A DNA stretch of 64,000 nt from Ascidiella aspersa. Taxonomy: Eukaryota. Location: positions 10,788,001 to 10,852,000 of the forward strand of contig OZ004609.1 in NCBI GenBank assembly GCA_963924565.1. The letters run 5' to 3'. Positions 1 to 11,647 of this stretch are shown here, in pieces. The position numbers and the translations under genes are program-made. The first letter of the stretch is position 1, and the number at the start of each line of letters is the position of its first letter. A model generated the notes under the pieces. That model made no database searches, had not been told where the DNA came from, and worked only from the letters and a program-made list of their open reading frames with translations.

Positions 1-658
1 ACGAATTTCAGCCAAAATATCGCAGGATAACTGAGCTTTTCAAAAGATAAAAATTTTCATTTTGGTTGGTATGTTATGAACATAAAAATCAACTTATAGC
101 CTTTTATGTGTTTTGAAGTTGTTTAATTAACCTTTTTGCTGGCCTTTTTTCAAAACTTTTATCTGGCAACCCTGGTGGGATTTATACCCTTGCAGCGGAA
201 GCCCTTTATTTATAAAGACATACTGTTTTAGTTATTCTAAATATGCATAATAATATAATTTTTTTAGTGTTTGACTTAGTAGTAGTTTGCAATGGCTTGA
301 AAACGGTCTTTTAATCATTTTTTAAACAACATGAAGCAAAAAAGAATGAAGAAAACAGAGAAAACTGACAATGAACAAAAAGAGATAACCGTACAACAAT
401 TAAGTCCTGAAGTAAAAGGGAAGACTCAGATATATTCCAGAATAGGCCCAAGACAATTTGTTACTTTAATAGAAGAACAATTAAGTATACCGTGCATAAA
501 AAAATCATGTGAAAGACATTTTTTAATTTAACCAAAACAGGTCTTACTTGTGACGTTTTAGCAGAAAAAAAAAATTAAAAAATTCAAACAACTTGTCAGT
601 TTAAAAAACATTGAAAGTGAGTTTGAACAATGTTTAGAGTTTACAGAGGGTAGTGGAT

Positions 659-1977
659 CAGGGTTGGGCTTAAGCACTCGGGAAAAGTTTACACAAAAAG
701 CATGGACACTTAACGAAGGAAACGCGTGGCTTCAGGGAGAAATTTAATTAGTTGGTGTAGGACAACTTGTGTTAAGCAACACTACTAAGCGAAACATTAT
801 TAGCGCCAGTTATTTCGTTAAACACTAAGGCGCAAATATATTTAACACTACACAAATAATAAGCTTAATCGAAGTCACGTTTGAAGCTCGTAATAAAGAA
901 TCTTTGGCCCGTTTTAAAAATCGTTTACCGGCAAACAATCAAATACGTCATTGCTGCAGTGGTAAATAGTTATGAGGTTGATTGTTTAACTTAAACGTTG
1001 TTAATTTTTAAATGTTTAACCCGGTCGTTGACATCCTTGGAAAAGTTTACAAAACTTGCGATGTACCCAGCGATAAGAAGTTTACTTTTCTGTATTGATT
1101 GAATTGTTTGTATAAGAAAATTATAAGCAATTGCTGCAGTTTTGGGCAACAATAAGTTCGAATGAAAATGTCGTATATTATTTGTAAGCAGTCTTTTTTA
1201 AGGTTTTGAGGGACCGAATGGGCCCACTGAACACTACGGTATTTTAAAATTTCGCCTACTTGTGTAACTGTAGCTGAGAATTAATAATGAGTCTACGAAA
1301 GTATGTTGTTGCGATCTTTTAAGCTCATAGCGGTCAACCAAGTCAAGGCTGAAAAAATAACTGTCTGTGAATATTTTATATCGCAATTATTTTAAAATAC
1401 GAATCGAAACCATTGCGGACGCCCTTGGAAAATTGAAACGACCCACTATGGGGCGTCGCACAGCACAGAATCTCTGGCATATGGTTGTTAACTGTGAAAG
1501 AATGGTTTAGTTGTAAATTTACAATTATTTTGTGTTGCTGTTCAACCAGTAACTATAGTGTTAGGTGAAATGTGGCGTTTTGTTTCTAGCGCGAAGCAAC
1601 CTGCGGTGAAACGTCCTTCAAGCACAGAAAAACCAGAATACGATAAAAAAGAGCACGAGCATTTAAAAAAATTGGAAAACAGGCAGGCCGTGGCTACTAA
1701 ATTGTCAGTGTTATTTTTTCACTAAAGACTGTAAAAAAAACATAGTTTTAAGCGTAAACTGCTTTATGGGTCATTCATTTGTTCATCCATGCATGGAAAT
1801 AAACGACCAGACTTTTATAAACACTAATGTTTACTACGTATAGAAACCATAAGACAGGTTAACGATAACCCAAGAAATGACCGCGCTAGGACGGTAATTT
1901 GCAGACTGTGTGCCAACAAATTTGGCGAGTGTTATTTCGACTGGCCGAGTGTAATTTTTGTCTTAGGAACAACCCTG
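659..1977 (+). mobile_element. Internally deleted hAT-like DNA transposon
   Basis: Imperfect TIRs CAGGGTTGggcTTAA / TTAGgaaCAACCCTG with TGGAT on both sides. At ~1569-1700 a frameshifted stub reads MWRFVSSAKQPAVKRPSSTEKPEYDKK...FKKNWKTGRPWL, resembling a ZNF862-like hAT N-terminus. Confidence 0.55.
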
Positions 1978-2367
1978 TGGATATATATCTTATATGACCC
2001 AGAAATTTCTTCAAAAACCCTTGTAGATGAATTTGGGAAAGATTTTATGTTTTGTTCTGGAAATCTTTCAGTAACTGCCATTACCAACTTTAAATCAAAT
2101 CACAAATATTCAACGTTCTGTAAACTTATTGATATTGATTATAAATGGTCTAAATAACAATGAAACAGAATCGAATGGGACACTTTACTGCCTGTAGCAA
2201 AGGTTATTTGTAAATATTTAGGGTTTATATGATATTGTATTTTTTTTCTTGTTCAGCTAAAATGTAAAGTTAATTTTTGACTAATTTTTGTAGCCAAATC
2301 CTGAATTTTCCAATGCTGTAAACTGTTTGTTTGTAGGTTTTTTTTAATTTGTGTGGTAGAAACTAAT

Positions 2368-3750
2368 AATGAATGACTGGAAGATTAATGAAAGCCTATG
2401 TAAGTGAAAATTTTAGCAGAAGTGAGTTGTTAGATTTTATGGTGAGATATTTTTCATGCTATCCTTGCAGTCTCAGGACTTTAGATCAACAGCAACCATT
2501 GAAGAAGTAAGAGAGCAGCAGTTATTGAGGAATTGAGTGGACCAGGACAGTTGTTGGGTTACCGGGCAATGCATAAGAAGATTCGGCAGATATATAATTT
2601 TAAAATTCCGAGAGGATTAATTTATGAACTTATGCATGAACTAGATTCTCAAAGTTTAAACAAAGAACACCAAGTTTTAAGAAAAAAAGAAAGAAAATAC
2701 CATTTACGTCATGTGGACCCAACTGGGTTCATTCTTTGGATGGCCATGACAAACTTATGGGCTATCAAAACAGCACATTTCCTATTGCTATTTATGGCTG
2801 CCTTGATTCATGTAGCAGAAAGCTCGTGTGGGCTAATGTGTGGACAGATAACAGCAACCCAAAATTGATAGCAATGTTCTACCTTGAGCATCTATACAAA
2901 TCAAGGATCATCAGTCGTCACCTTAGGCTTGATAGAGGAACAGAAACCGGACATAACGCCAGGAGCATAGTGATGTTAGAGATTCTACAGAAACAATTAT
3001 TTATGGTCCCTCAACATCCAACCAAGTAATTCACCATAATTTGTTAGTCTATATATATATGTTACATCATCTTTATTTTGTAACAGTGTTACAAAGATTT
3101 GTATTTGGACTAAAGATTTCTTTTCTGAAATAACTGGTGTGTAAAAACTTTATGAAGTTATTTATTATTTTTTTTTACAGATCGAACGCTGGTGGAAAGA
3201 GTTGCATGAGAGATTTGAAAAATATTTCAAAGTGCAGTTAAGGAGTTTAAAAGATGAACATGATCCTACCAATGTGAATCATAGGTATTTACACGACTAA
3301 AGTCAATTTTACTGTTTTAAGTTATGTAACTTGGTTGTTGTTTTAGAATGATGCTTGCATACATGATACCTGTTATGCAGAAAGAGCTTGATACATGTGT
3401 TGATGTTGTTTGGAATACGCACAGGAGAATCAGACCTCAAAAAGGAACAAGCTTACCAACTGGAATTCCAAACCAATAAAAACACAGAAAAGGACATATA
3501 GTTCAAATATGAGATATATAATATAAACTCATGTAGGGTTTTTACTCATCATTACTACTTTTACACCAGGATTGCCAGTCACCATCAATCAGATTGAGAA
3601 AGAAATTGAATCAAGTGGAATGACTGATAAACCTCTTGAGTACTTACCAGAGAATTTTAAAGTCAAATGTCAACAAATTATTGCTGAGCCACTTGCAGTT
3701 CATGTTTCTCACTGTGCTGATGCTTTTCGCTATTTAAAAACAAATTTCTA
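2368..3750 (+). pseudogene. Intron-containing integrase-core (RNase H-fold) transposase-like pseudogene
   Basis: Frameshifted pieces GPGQLLGYRAMH, DGHDKLMGYQNSTFPIAIYGCLDSCSRKLVW, LRLDRGTET and YGPSTSNQ, then after an intron IERWWKELHERF. Short GT-AG introns. Confidence 0.7.
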
Positions 3751-4707
3751 GCTTTGCAGCATTTATCATCAGTCCTTAGTTATCTGACCCTTTTAATAAA
3801 CCAGGCAACTGTCATTTGTTTATTTTTATTGAGATTTTGCTATTGATACAATTTAAAGGGTAATATACACATGCAGTAAGAAAATACACTTAAAACAACG
3901 CAATTAGATATTTTAATTATTAAGTGGACTTGCATACACTACAAAATCCCGTTAATTCTGTTGCTTAGTTCGTGGTCCTTCACAGTTAATTTGTCATCCC
4001 CAACTGCTTCTGGTGATTTCTCAGTAGAACTCCATCTTGTAAAACATATAATCTTGCATGCGACTTGTGACACTAAAAATAAGTGTTAAGTATATAGAAA
4101 TAATAATATAGTGCACAAAATCTTTTTTATCGAATAAAACAGCATGAATATTGTTCACCTGCCAAGAGCTGTTTTAGTCGACTTAACCCCAAGATTGACT
4201 TTATAGTAAATGCACCCACACTGCAAGTTATTAACACTTTCTGAACTCCACTAAATCGAAACTAAACAAACTGACAGTATAGCTCGCTTTTAATAAATGG
4301 CTTACAGCGCAGTAAAAACACGTGTTGCCAGTAAAGAAAGAGTGCATCGTTGACTTTACCAGGCGAACACGCTATAATTCCAAGCACAAACAGACATGCG
4401 TTGTTTCTCTACAACTTCAAAGCCTCATGTAACGTACCAAATTTCGATCTCGAGTTGCCAGTCTAATAGCCTATTAAAACACCTTTGTGTCTGTCGAATG
4501 GGTTCATACTTACTGGATTTTTTCTTAGCAAAAAACCTCGTTCCTTGCAAGGTTTACAAATCCCACCAGAAGGCCCAATACACCATGTGGCAAACCTCCA
4601 TGCGCTGGCTTTGAACTTAAACAGAACACAATAGAAAATTTCATAATACAGTATACTTAAGTATTCTATGATGGCAGTGATGGTCCGACCGTAATGCGTT
4701 TTATACA

Positions 4708-5435
4708 CTGATCTCTATGAAACCTGGATAGCGCAACTGCGTGCTTTGAAAGGTTCCAAAAGTGCGTAAATTTTGCATTACGGCTTATGGGAGAGGTATC
4801 TTAAAATTGTCGTTATGGCAATATTTGCCGAATTTTAAGGGATTATTTATGGTATTGGTATGCTTGACTATACACAATACTCTAATAAAGCAGAATAACT
4901 TGATTTTAGCTCCTGCTGATAGAAATATACTTCGTTTTTACTGGCACCAAAAAATTTTTTTTTTATTGCAACAAGGCAACGTCAAGTTAGGTAAAATCAA
5001 TTTATATGATATACAAATCTTTCGAATGGCCTTTTTGATCAGTCTAGTTAATGTATTTTTTATGTACTTAACTATGCTGGTTGGTAACGCTGTTCTGACA
5101 ACAACATTTCTTAGCATTTATTTTTGCATAATAGTAACAGCAGCAGGTAGTAGTAAGGGTTTTAATTGAAGCTATATGCATAAGTAAAATCAGTTATTTT
5201 ATTTAATTGCTTTTAATTTCTCATGGATGTCCGGAATTAGTTGCTGTGTTTTATATGGTGTTTGTCTGTGTCATCCACTAACAAACATTGGCCACCAGAT
5301 TCCATCACTAACTGGTGTTCAAATGGCAAAATGTAGGATATTATCACATTCCAGTTCATTTTTTGTTTATTGTCGTTACTCTGTTAGGAAAACATATTCG
5401 TGCATAAATAACTTATCCATAATACAAAATCTCTG
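4708..5435 (+). repeat. Dispersed repeat, homologous (inverted) to 19590-20070 and to 34680-34854 plus 35845-36070
   Basis: Shared blocks such as CTCCTGCTGA..AGAAATAT..TTCGTTTTTACTGGCACCA, GTTGCTGTGTTTTATATGGTGTTTGTCTGTGTCATCCACTAACAAACATTGG and GAAACCTGGATAGCGCAACT. Confidence 0.8.
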
Positions 5436-6164
5436 AATGTGTGGGCTGTACTGGATTCCTCTAGTCAATTCACTCCTCGCCTTCAGAGCAGCTTGTACTA
5501 ATAATACCAGTAGCAGCTCTTTGTTGTTGAGGGGTGCGTCGTCCCACGTGATGTTGGTGGTGTTTTCTACTACTTTCTTTATCACTTCCTTCGCCTCTTG
5601 CACTCCCCATAACTTCTGGGTCATCTTGCCCATTTTTGCTAGTGCGCTTTTAAGTGTCCTCGATCCTTTGTCAAAACTCATGCTGTTGTATGCCCTCTTT
5701 GATAGCAGTTCTGTAAAATTGAAATCTTCTTCGAAGAGTCTTTCTTTGAACGCGTTTACACTCGGTTTCGTATCGAAGCTTTTTGCCACCCTTTCTTCTA
5801 TTTGTAGCCATTGATTGTTGGCCTTTTCGAGGAGACCCCTTTGTCCATTAATAGATGCGCCTCTGCCGGGATGGCGACCCATGCCGCCGTATTCTTCACC
5901 ACTCCTTTGTACGTCGTCGTTATACCCAATTTCAACAGGGCGTCGTGCACGGATTTTTTCTCAGCATTCCTGGGGTCCCCCCCTGGACGGGACTCACGGT
6001 CATGAACAATCCATGGGTGGTAATTGGAGCTGCCCTTCTCCACCGGTCCGATGTAAATGATTGCCTTCTCGCTCCTGGTAATTCCCGTCTGTCCAGTTGT
6101 TGTCGTAAAAGCAAACTTTCTTGCCCGATATCTTTAATCCGTTTTTCTCGTTCTCTGTATTCAT
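5435..6164 (-). pseudogene. Endogenous ssDNA virus Rep fragment, copy A (divergent, frameshifted)
   Basis: YRARKFAFTTTTG..IYIGPVEKGSSN, then DTKPSVNAFKERLFEEDFNFTELLSKRAYN and ELLLVLLVQAALKARSE..GIQYSPHI. Collinear with the Rep at 10373-11380 and ends just before Walker A. Confidence 0.9.
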
Positions 6165-6919
6165 TTTGGTAGGTATTAAGTAATCAAAGATTAAATTCCT
6201 TTGCCTAGTTGTTCACAGAAAAAAATACTGGAATCCCTTACTTGTTTTTAGTAAAAGCAGTAAACATGCGTGACGTCGGCGTAAAATTTCAAACCGGCCA
6301 ATGAGAAAATGGCATTGTCTTCTCGTCCAATCAGAGTTCAATAAAATCTTTTAGCATGTCTATTTTTTTCCATCTACGTACCTTTTTTGCTTTCTCTGCA
6401 TTAGAGATCCGTGCGCAGTGTAGCAAAATGTAACATGTTGAAGACAAAAGTCGGCCGCAAGTTTGAAGCTCAAGATTTGTTTCGCTATTATTTTTTTAGA
6501 AGCTGGAACTGCAAAAACTCAACCAAGAAGAGAAATGCTTGCTAAAATTGATTTTATTTGGAATACGGAAACCAAGATTTCTACTGGGTGTCTAAAGTAT
6601 ACATTTGAGACTTCGTTTCTGATGTCTAGTTGTTGTCTATACAATTTTAACTCTGGTTTTCTTGGAATTGCCTTGTTAAACTAATTAGCGCTACCCCAAA
6701 GTTTGGTTTGAAATTGTCATATTGAATGTGACAAAGGTCATTTAGAAAATAAATCTGTGTTTTTTGTTCGAAACGATACTCCTGCTTTGCTGTATTGACA
6801 CATTACGCACGAATAATCAGTAGTATTAGTACTAACAACAAACCATTTCACTGTTACGCGGACATAAATTTACTTCATTTAGTGGAAAATATTTTAGTCG
6901 AAAGATCCAGAAAAGCTGG

Positions 6920-9900
6920 GAACATTAAGGACGGAACAACTTTCGGCGCTCGTCTAGAATCCTACCACAACGAACATTATTTGGGTTAGGGTGTCGGTTA
7001 GCGTTTGGGTTTGGGTGAGTCCAGTAATAGTGTTAAACAATATTACTTGACCTACCCACACCCAAACACTAACCGACACCCTAACCCACATATTATGCAT
7101 TGCTTAATATTTATTTCAACGTTGTGGTAGGATTCTAGACCAGCGCCCAACTTTCATGTTTTTTGGCTGGTAAAATATATTTCTTAAATTTTGCTTTTCA
7201 TATAGCTAGCCGTAGTAAACGATAGATTAACGTTCTTTTTAGACAGTGAAACTCGTATTCTACCGCGTTATACATTTTGTACCCTTTGTGTTTCTGGAGT
7301 TAGCAGCCACCACCTCCTCGAAATACTTTCGTTTTTTCTTCTGTCGGCGCCACATGAACTCATCGAAAATATCCGGGGATGAATTTCTCTGGTGCGCCAT
7401 TTACCTCTTTCAGGTACCGTTTAGCCGCGCACCACAAGCTTTCGGTGATTGGACCGAATGGTTGACAGTATCATGATATGTATGGAGTGATATCAAATGG
7501 AAAACGAACAATGTGGTTACCTGTTAAATTATTATAGGCTTGTCACTTATCAGACCAAATTGTAGTTCCAGGCATGATGTTGGCCTGAATAATCGGCAGT
7601 AATGTCGTGGCACGGTTTGAAGGAAGCATTCCCTTAAAGCAGCAGTGTTAAGTAGACATAAAATGAAAATCTTATCTTGTCGAGATGTCCACGCCGCCAA
7701 ATACCCCATGTTTGGGAAGTAGGGCGAGCCTGGGCATTTGCACTTGACTTGCGTCGTGCCACCATTGATTGACGCGTCGATGGCCACCACATGCCTGCCC
7801 TACTTCCCCGATCATTTGCCGATTAACAATAAGGTCTGCAGAGCATATCTTTGAAAAAAGGTTTGTTTAAACCAAGTTAAGTTTGTAAAATACTGGCTAA
7901 TCTGACAAAGTACTGTCCCTACTTTGTATACTAAGTTTAGTGGAAAATATTTAAAGATAATTGTAATAATAACTCTTCGAAACACATAAAACAAAAAGAG
8001 TAAACACCAAAAATTTAGTTTCAACCTTACAAAATGTATTTTTCCACCTAAATTTTACGACATACGATCAATCCTGCTGATTTTGTTGCTAGGAAGCCAT
8101 TATAACATGCTTGAAAGAGCTAACTAGGTTAGAGGCGCTAAAGTGTTAAAATATTAAAGTTATTGGGGGGGGGGGGGGGTGGCTCATCGGTCCGGCCTGA
8201 TCATAGGTCCCGGTTTTCCCTTACAAAGTTACAATGCCCCTTTTGTAACACTGTTCAGAATTTGTCATATCTTAACTACTGGCTACTCCCTCCTCACAAA
8301 AAATGACTGGATATGTTAGGAACGCACTCACAGTAAACCCGTTTTAGCTTTTTCAAAACTATGTTCTTTCCGTACGTTTTTTTACCATACTCTTACTTAC
8401 ACTCCATCCAGGGTTACATTAAACTGTTCGGACTTTTGGGATGTTTTTTTAAATCAGAATAATTCGGATTTTGTTTATCTGAGTAACAAGCACTATCTGT
8501 TTGACAGTAAAACAAAATTTTGTACATTTAAAAACTGTATTAAGGATTTCTGGCGCTAATCCGGGTCGCGCTGCCGGCGCCACATAAACTCATCTAGGTA
8601 GCCTGGTATGAGATGTGCCGGAGCGCCGTTCACACTTTTTGGGTAGCGTTTTGCTGCACACCATCATAGACTTTCAATATGGTTTGTGTGAACGCCAGCT
8701 GGTGATAAAAATTCTATTGAATCGTGCTGGAACCCTATAGCAGGAAAAAAAGTTTTATCTCATCAATTATTTTTTTTATAAACGGGAATAGCGCAACAGC
8801 TAAAGCTATAAACATCTACATTGTTTTAAACTTACACGACAAGTTGGCGTAGGCGCGCCACATGTCGGACCATATTGTGGTGCTTGGCTCCTGTTTGCCA
8901 ATATAATGGGTGAAGCATTCTCTAGAAAAACATAAATAAAAATGAAGTGATATCGCAACAAATATGTATATACGGTAAGTTGATGTTATTAAATGAACTC
9001 ACTTGGTGTCGACGCCGCCAAATACCCACAATTGGGGTATATTGACCATGCCTTATTGGCGCTTAGCTTACGCCGAGCCACCAGGGGATTATTCGTCGAT
9101 TGCGACGACGTGGCCGACGCCGCCTATCAGTGCCCTTTCAGCTAGCAAATCATGTGAACAAATCTGTGAAAAACATAAATTTTTATAAAACTTCAAACGC
9201 ACGCATAGTCGCATACATACACACACACACACGCGCAAAAACGATAAACATAGTAGTTATACTTCTAACAAATTTCGCCAATTAGTCTGTTTCGACAGGG
9301 CAGTTTGGCGGAGGATATCTATCGTCGTTGCTTTATATGCCCAATGGTAACCCAGTCAGAAATTTTAATGCGGGCCTTACTCGAACTATCATCGGTGTTA
9401 GTATGGCCCATTACCAGATTACCACAGAAACCCCATAGATATATCCCAGCTGGGAGACCGGAAAGGTAACATCGGCCCATGTTAGATTTTCTTTGATTTC
9501 CCATACATGGCATCCCACATATGGTTCAAGCGTGAAACTAGCCTGGCCAAATATATTCCTGCTTTACACCAATTTTAAAATAGCAAGCAATCAATATTTA
9601 TTGTCATTAAATTTCCGCGCACAGAAGCACAATAACAGCACGTACAAAAATATCAAACGGTTATTCAAAAAAAAAAGTTAAAAACAATTGAAGAAAACGG
9701 CTTTAAAGAATAACTTAGGAATGATTAAATATAAACACAAATAGAAAAAAAGAATTATAAACATTGCTGTAATAAAAAAAACATGGATAGAACTTTTGAC
9801 ATCACACGAGTTACAAACCGCAAAATACTAAACAATTAAATCATAAGTTATGGCCAATTCTTTCAGAGTTTTGACAGTTGATGGAATGCTTAACCAAGAG

Positions 9901-10180
9901 GTTCGTAAACAATAAATAGCTAAATGTAACTGTTGACAGTATACTCATAAACACATATTAATGCAATTTATGCCTGAGTTTTGGTTTTCATATCCACTTG
10001 TAATTGTTTCTTGGTGGTTACAAACACAATATTGAGTGTTGAGTGAGGATATGGAACATCTGTAATAACATAATTAGTGTTAATGTATGTGTATACATGT
10101 TTATATACACATAAATATTAAAATTATGTGCTAGTAAAACGTTTGAACTAACTATGTTTACAAAAGCAACAAACCTGCTC
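6920..10180 (+). repeat. Segmental duplication, copy 1 (~3.25 kb)
   Basis: Matches 13189-16450 at offset 6269-6270 with about six differences by eye. Identical ORF translations appear in both copies. Confidence 0.97.
6945..7147. mobile_element. Fold-back MITE, Merlin-like (GG termini, 8-bp TSD)
   Basis: TIR GGCGCT(C/G)GTCTAGAATCCTACCACAACG, TSD CAACTTTC (6937-6944 and 7148-7155), nearly palindromic interior. The superfamily call rests on termini and TSD only. Confidence 0.8.
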
Positions 10181-10299
10181 AAAGCAGTGCAGTGTAATAG
10201 TGTATCTAATTAGCATATTTAAAATTTTTTTTTTATTGAAAAATTTTTTTCTTTTTTCTTAGTTCGGAGGGTCAAACGAACTCCCATCATAACCCCTCT

Positions 10300-10393
10300 G
10301 CACTAAACACTACACTATTAGTAATGTATTTCATTTTACACTAGTGTTTTAGTGTATTTTATTTTACATTACTTATAGTGTAGTGTTTAGTGC
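10300..10393. other. Viral hairpin H1a, downstream of Rep
   Basis: Perfect 19-bp stem GCACTAAACACTACACTAT/ATAGTGTAGTGTTTAGTGC, 9-bp stem AGTAATGTA/TACATTACT, 7-bp stem TACACTA/TAGTGTA and a 6-nt loop. Confidence 0.92.
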
Positions 10394-11380
10394 CCACACA
10401 ACATATACAACATATATACCATTGTGGTGCATAAACTTCACGGCGGCCAACAGGGCGTCGTTATTAAAGAAGGCGTTGCCTGCATCATCTATCTTCAGCA
10501 CCTTATGGCGAAAACGTAGCGCCATCTGCCCCACGCCCTGCGAGTCGTTGGTGAGGATGCTTGCATACTCCACTGGGAAGAACATTTTCCCGAGGACGGT
10601 TTTACCCTTCCCCGCTACCCCGTGTAGCATTATATGCGGAGCGTATTCTATCCCTCCTGCTTCCGATCGCGCCTCCAATCCCGCTTGTATCAAAACTAGC
10701 AGCAGCTCGTCGGTCGTTAGTTGATCTTGATTGTACTCTATGTTCTTTGCTTGATTTATGATATGGTAGATACCCTTTTTCGCTTCTTCTACCGTCCATT
10801 TGGGTACTTGGTTCTTTGCCATTTTTTTGAGAGCCTTTTTCAATTTATTTTTTTTCTTTCCAAAGGTCACCTGGTTGTAGGCACGCTTCGCCAACAGTTC
10901 CGGAAAAGAGAAATCTCTTTGAAAGAGCCGCTCTTTGTACACGTTCATGGACGGCTTCGTGTCGTATTCCGCGGCTACTTCCTCGGCTATCTGTTGGTAT
11001 TGACCCTTGTTTGCTGCCGACCCTTTCTTCATATGCTGCTTTATCTCTTCGGGAACGTCGGTTGGCTCGGCGTGCTTGTACATGTACCTGCACCATTCTG
11101 CTTGATTCTTGATTGCCGCTATGTATGTCAATGTGAACCCTAGCTTTTTGAGTAGGTCTGTCGCTTTCTTCTTGGTTATTGCCAATGGTTGCGCTCCCCC
11201 CTCCTGACTCTTCATGATGCACATCCCATGATGGTGGGGTATGTTCGAGTTGCCTTTCTCGAGGGGCCCTACATAGATTGTGCATCGAGCCGTCTGGGTT
11301 ATTCCAGGCTTCCCAGCGACCGTTGTAAAAGCCCATTTTCGGCCTCTGTATGAATTTGCGGTGTCTTCGCTTCCATTCAT
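10373..11380 (-). CDS. rep: CRESS-type Rep (HUH endonuclease + partial SF3 helicase), C-terminally deleted
   Basis: Motif I WAFT, motif II PHHHG, motif III YMYK, Walker A GVAGKGKT, Walker B KIDD. Departs from copy C after KFMHHN because of a ~675-bp deletion. Confidence 0.9.
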   Translation of the reverse strand: MNGSEDTANSYRGRKWAFTTVAGKPGITQTARCTIYVGPLEKGNSNIPHHHGMCIMKSQEGGAQPLAITKKKATDLLKKLGFTLTYIAAIKNQAEWCRYMYKHAEPTDVPEEIKQHMKKGSAANKGQYQQIAEEVAAEYDTKPSMNVYKERLFQRDFSFPELLAKRAYNQVTFGKKKNKLKKALKKMAKNQVPKWTVEEAKKGIYHIINQAKNIEYNQDQLTTDELLLVLIQAGLEARSEAGGIEYAPHIMLHGVAGKGKTVLGKMFFPVEYASILTNDSQGVGQMALRFRHKVLKIDDAGNAFFNNDALLAAVKFMHHNGIYVVYVVWALNTTL

Positions 11381-11510
11381 CGTGGTAAATCAGTAATAAA
11401 TCTTCTGTTAACCTATTAAGCCTTAAGGTTTTCTGGAAAGCAGTGTCAAGAGGATTAGGTTTAAGATAATTAGTTGCTATATTTCTGATAACGTCGATAG
11501 TAGGAAACAT
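10845..11510 (-). CDS. Overprinted accessory ORF (221 aa) overlapping the 5' half of Rep
   Basis: Starts 130 nt before the Rep ATG, behind a TATA-like motif. Homologous open frames exist in copy C (MFPTID...PNPLDTAFQKTLR) and copy D. Confidence 0.7.
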   Translation of the reverse strand: MFPTIDVIRNIATNYLKPNPLDTAFQKTLRLNRLTEDLLLIYHDEWKRRHRKFIQRPKMGFYNGRWEAWNNPDGSMHNLCRAPRERQLEHTPPSWDVHHEESGGGSATIGNNQEESDRPTQKARVHIDIHSGNQESSRMVQVHVQARRANRRSRRDKAAYEERVGSKQGSIPTDSRGSSRGIRHEAVHERVQRAALSKRFLFSGTVGEACLQPGDLWKEKK

Positions 11511-11559
11511 TTTTGCAATGGTACATTTTTATTTGCACGAACATATATACACACAGATT

Positions 11560-11647
11560 ACACTAAACACTACACTAAAGTTAATGTATTTCATTTTACA
11601 CTAATGTATAGTGCAGAACAGATTACATTAAATATAGTGTGGTGTTA
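11560..11647. other. Viral hairpin H2a, between capsid and Rep blocks
   Basis: ACACTAAACACTACACTA...TTAATGTA...CACTA-ATGTA-TAGTG...TACATTAA...TAGTGTGGTGTT. The right arm overlaps the capsid stop codon. Confidence 0.88.

Noticed and set aside
158-173. CTGGCAACCCTG, an hAT-type right end
   Set aside because: The partner end is outside the window, so the element cannot be delimited.
7020-7050. CAATATTAC near the apex of a long palindrome, resembling the geminivirus origin nonamer
   Set aside because: It lies inside a MITE with its own TIRs and 8-bp TSD, and other copies of the MITE lack it.
7246-9681. Short ORFs repeated identically at 13515-15951
   Set aside because: Their identity is explained by the recent duplication and they contain no recognisable domains.
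10373-11380. Rep as a Helitron or other HUH transposase
   Set aside because: The helicase is SF3 rather than PIF1, the gene is intronless, and it is linked to a capsid gene in two strains.
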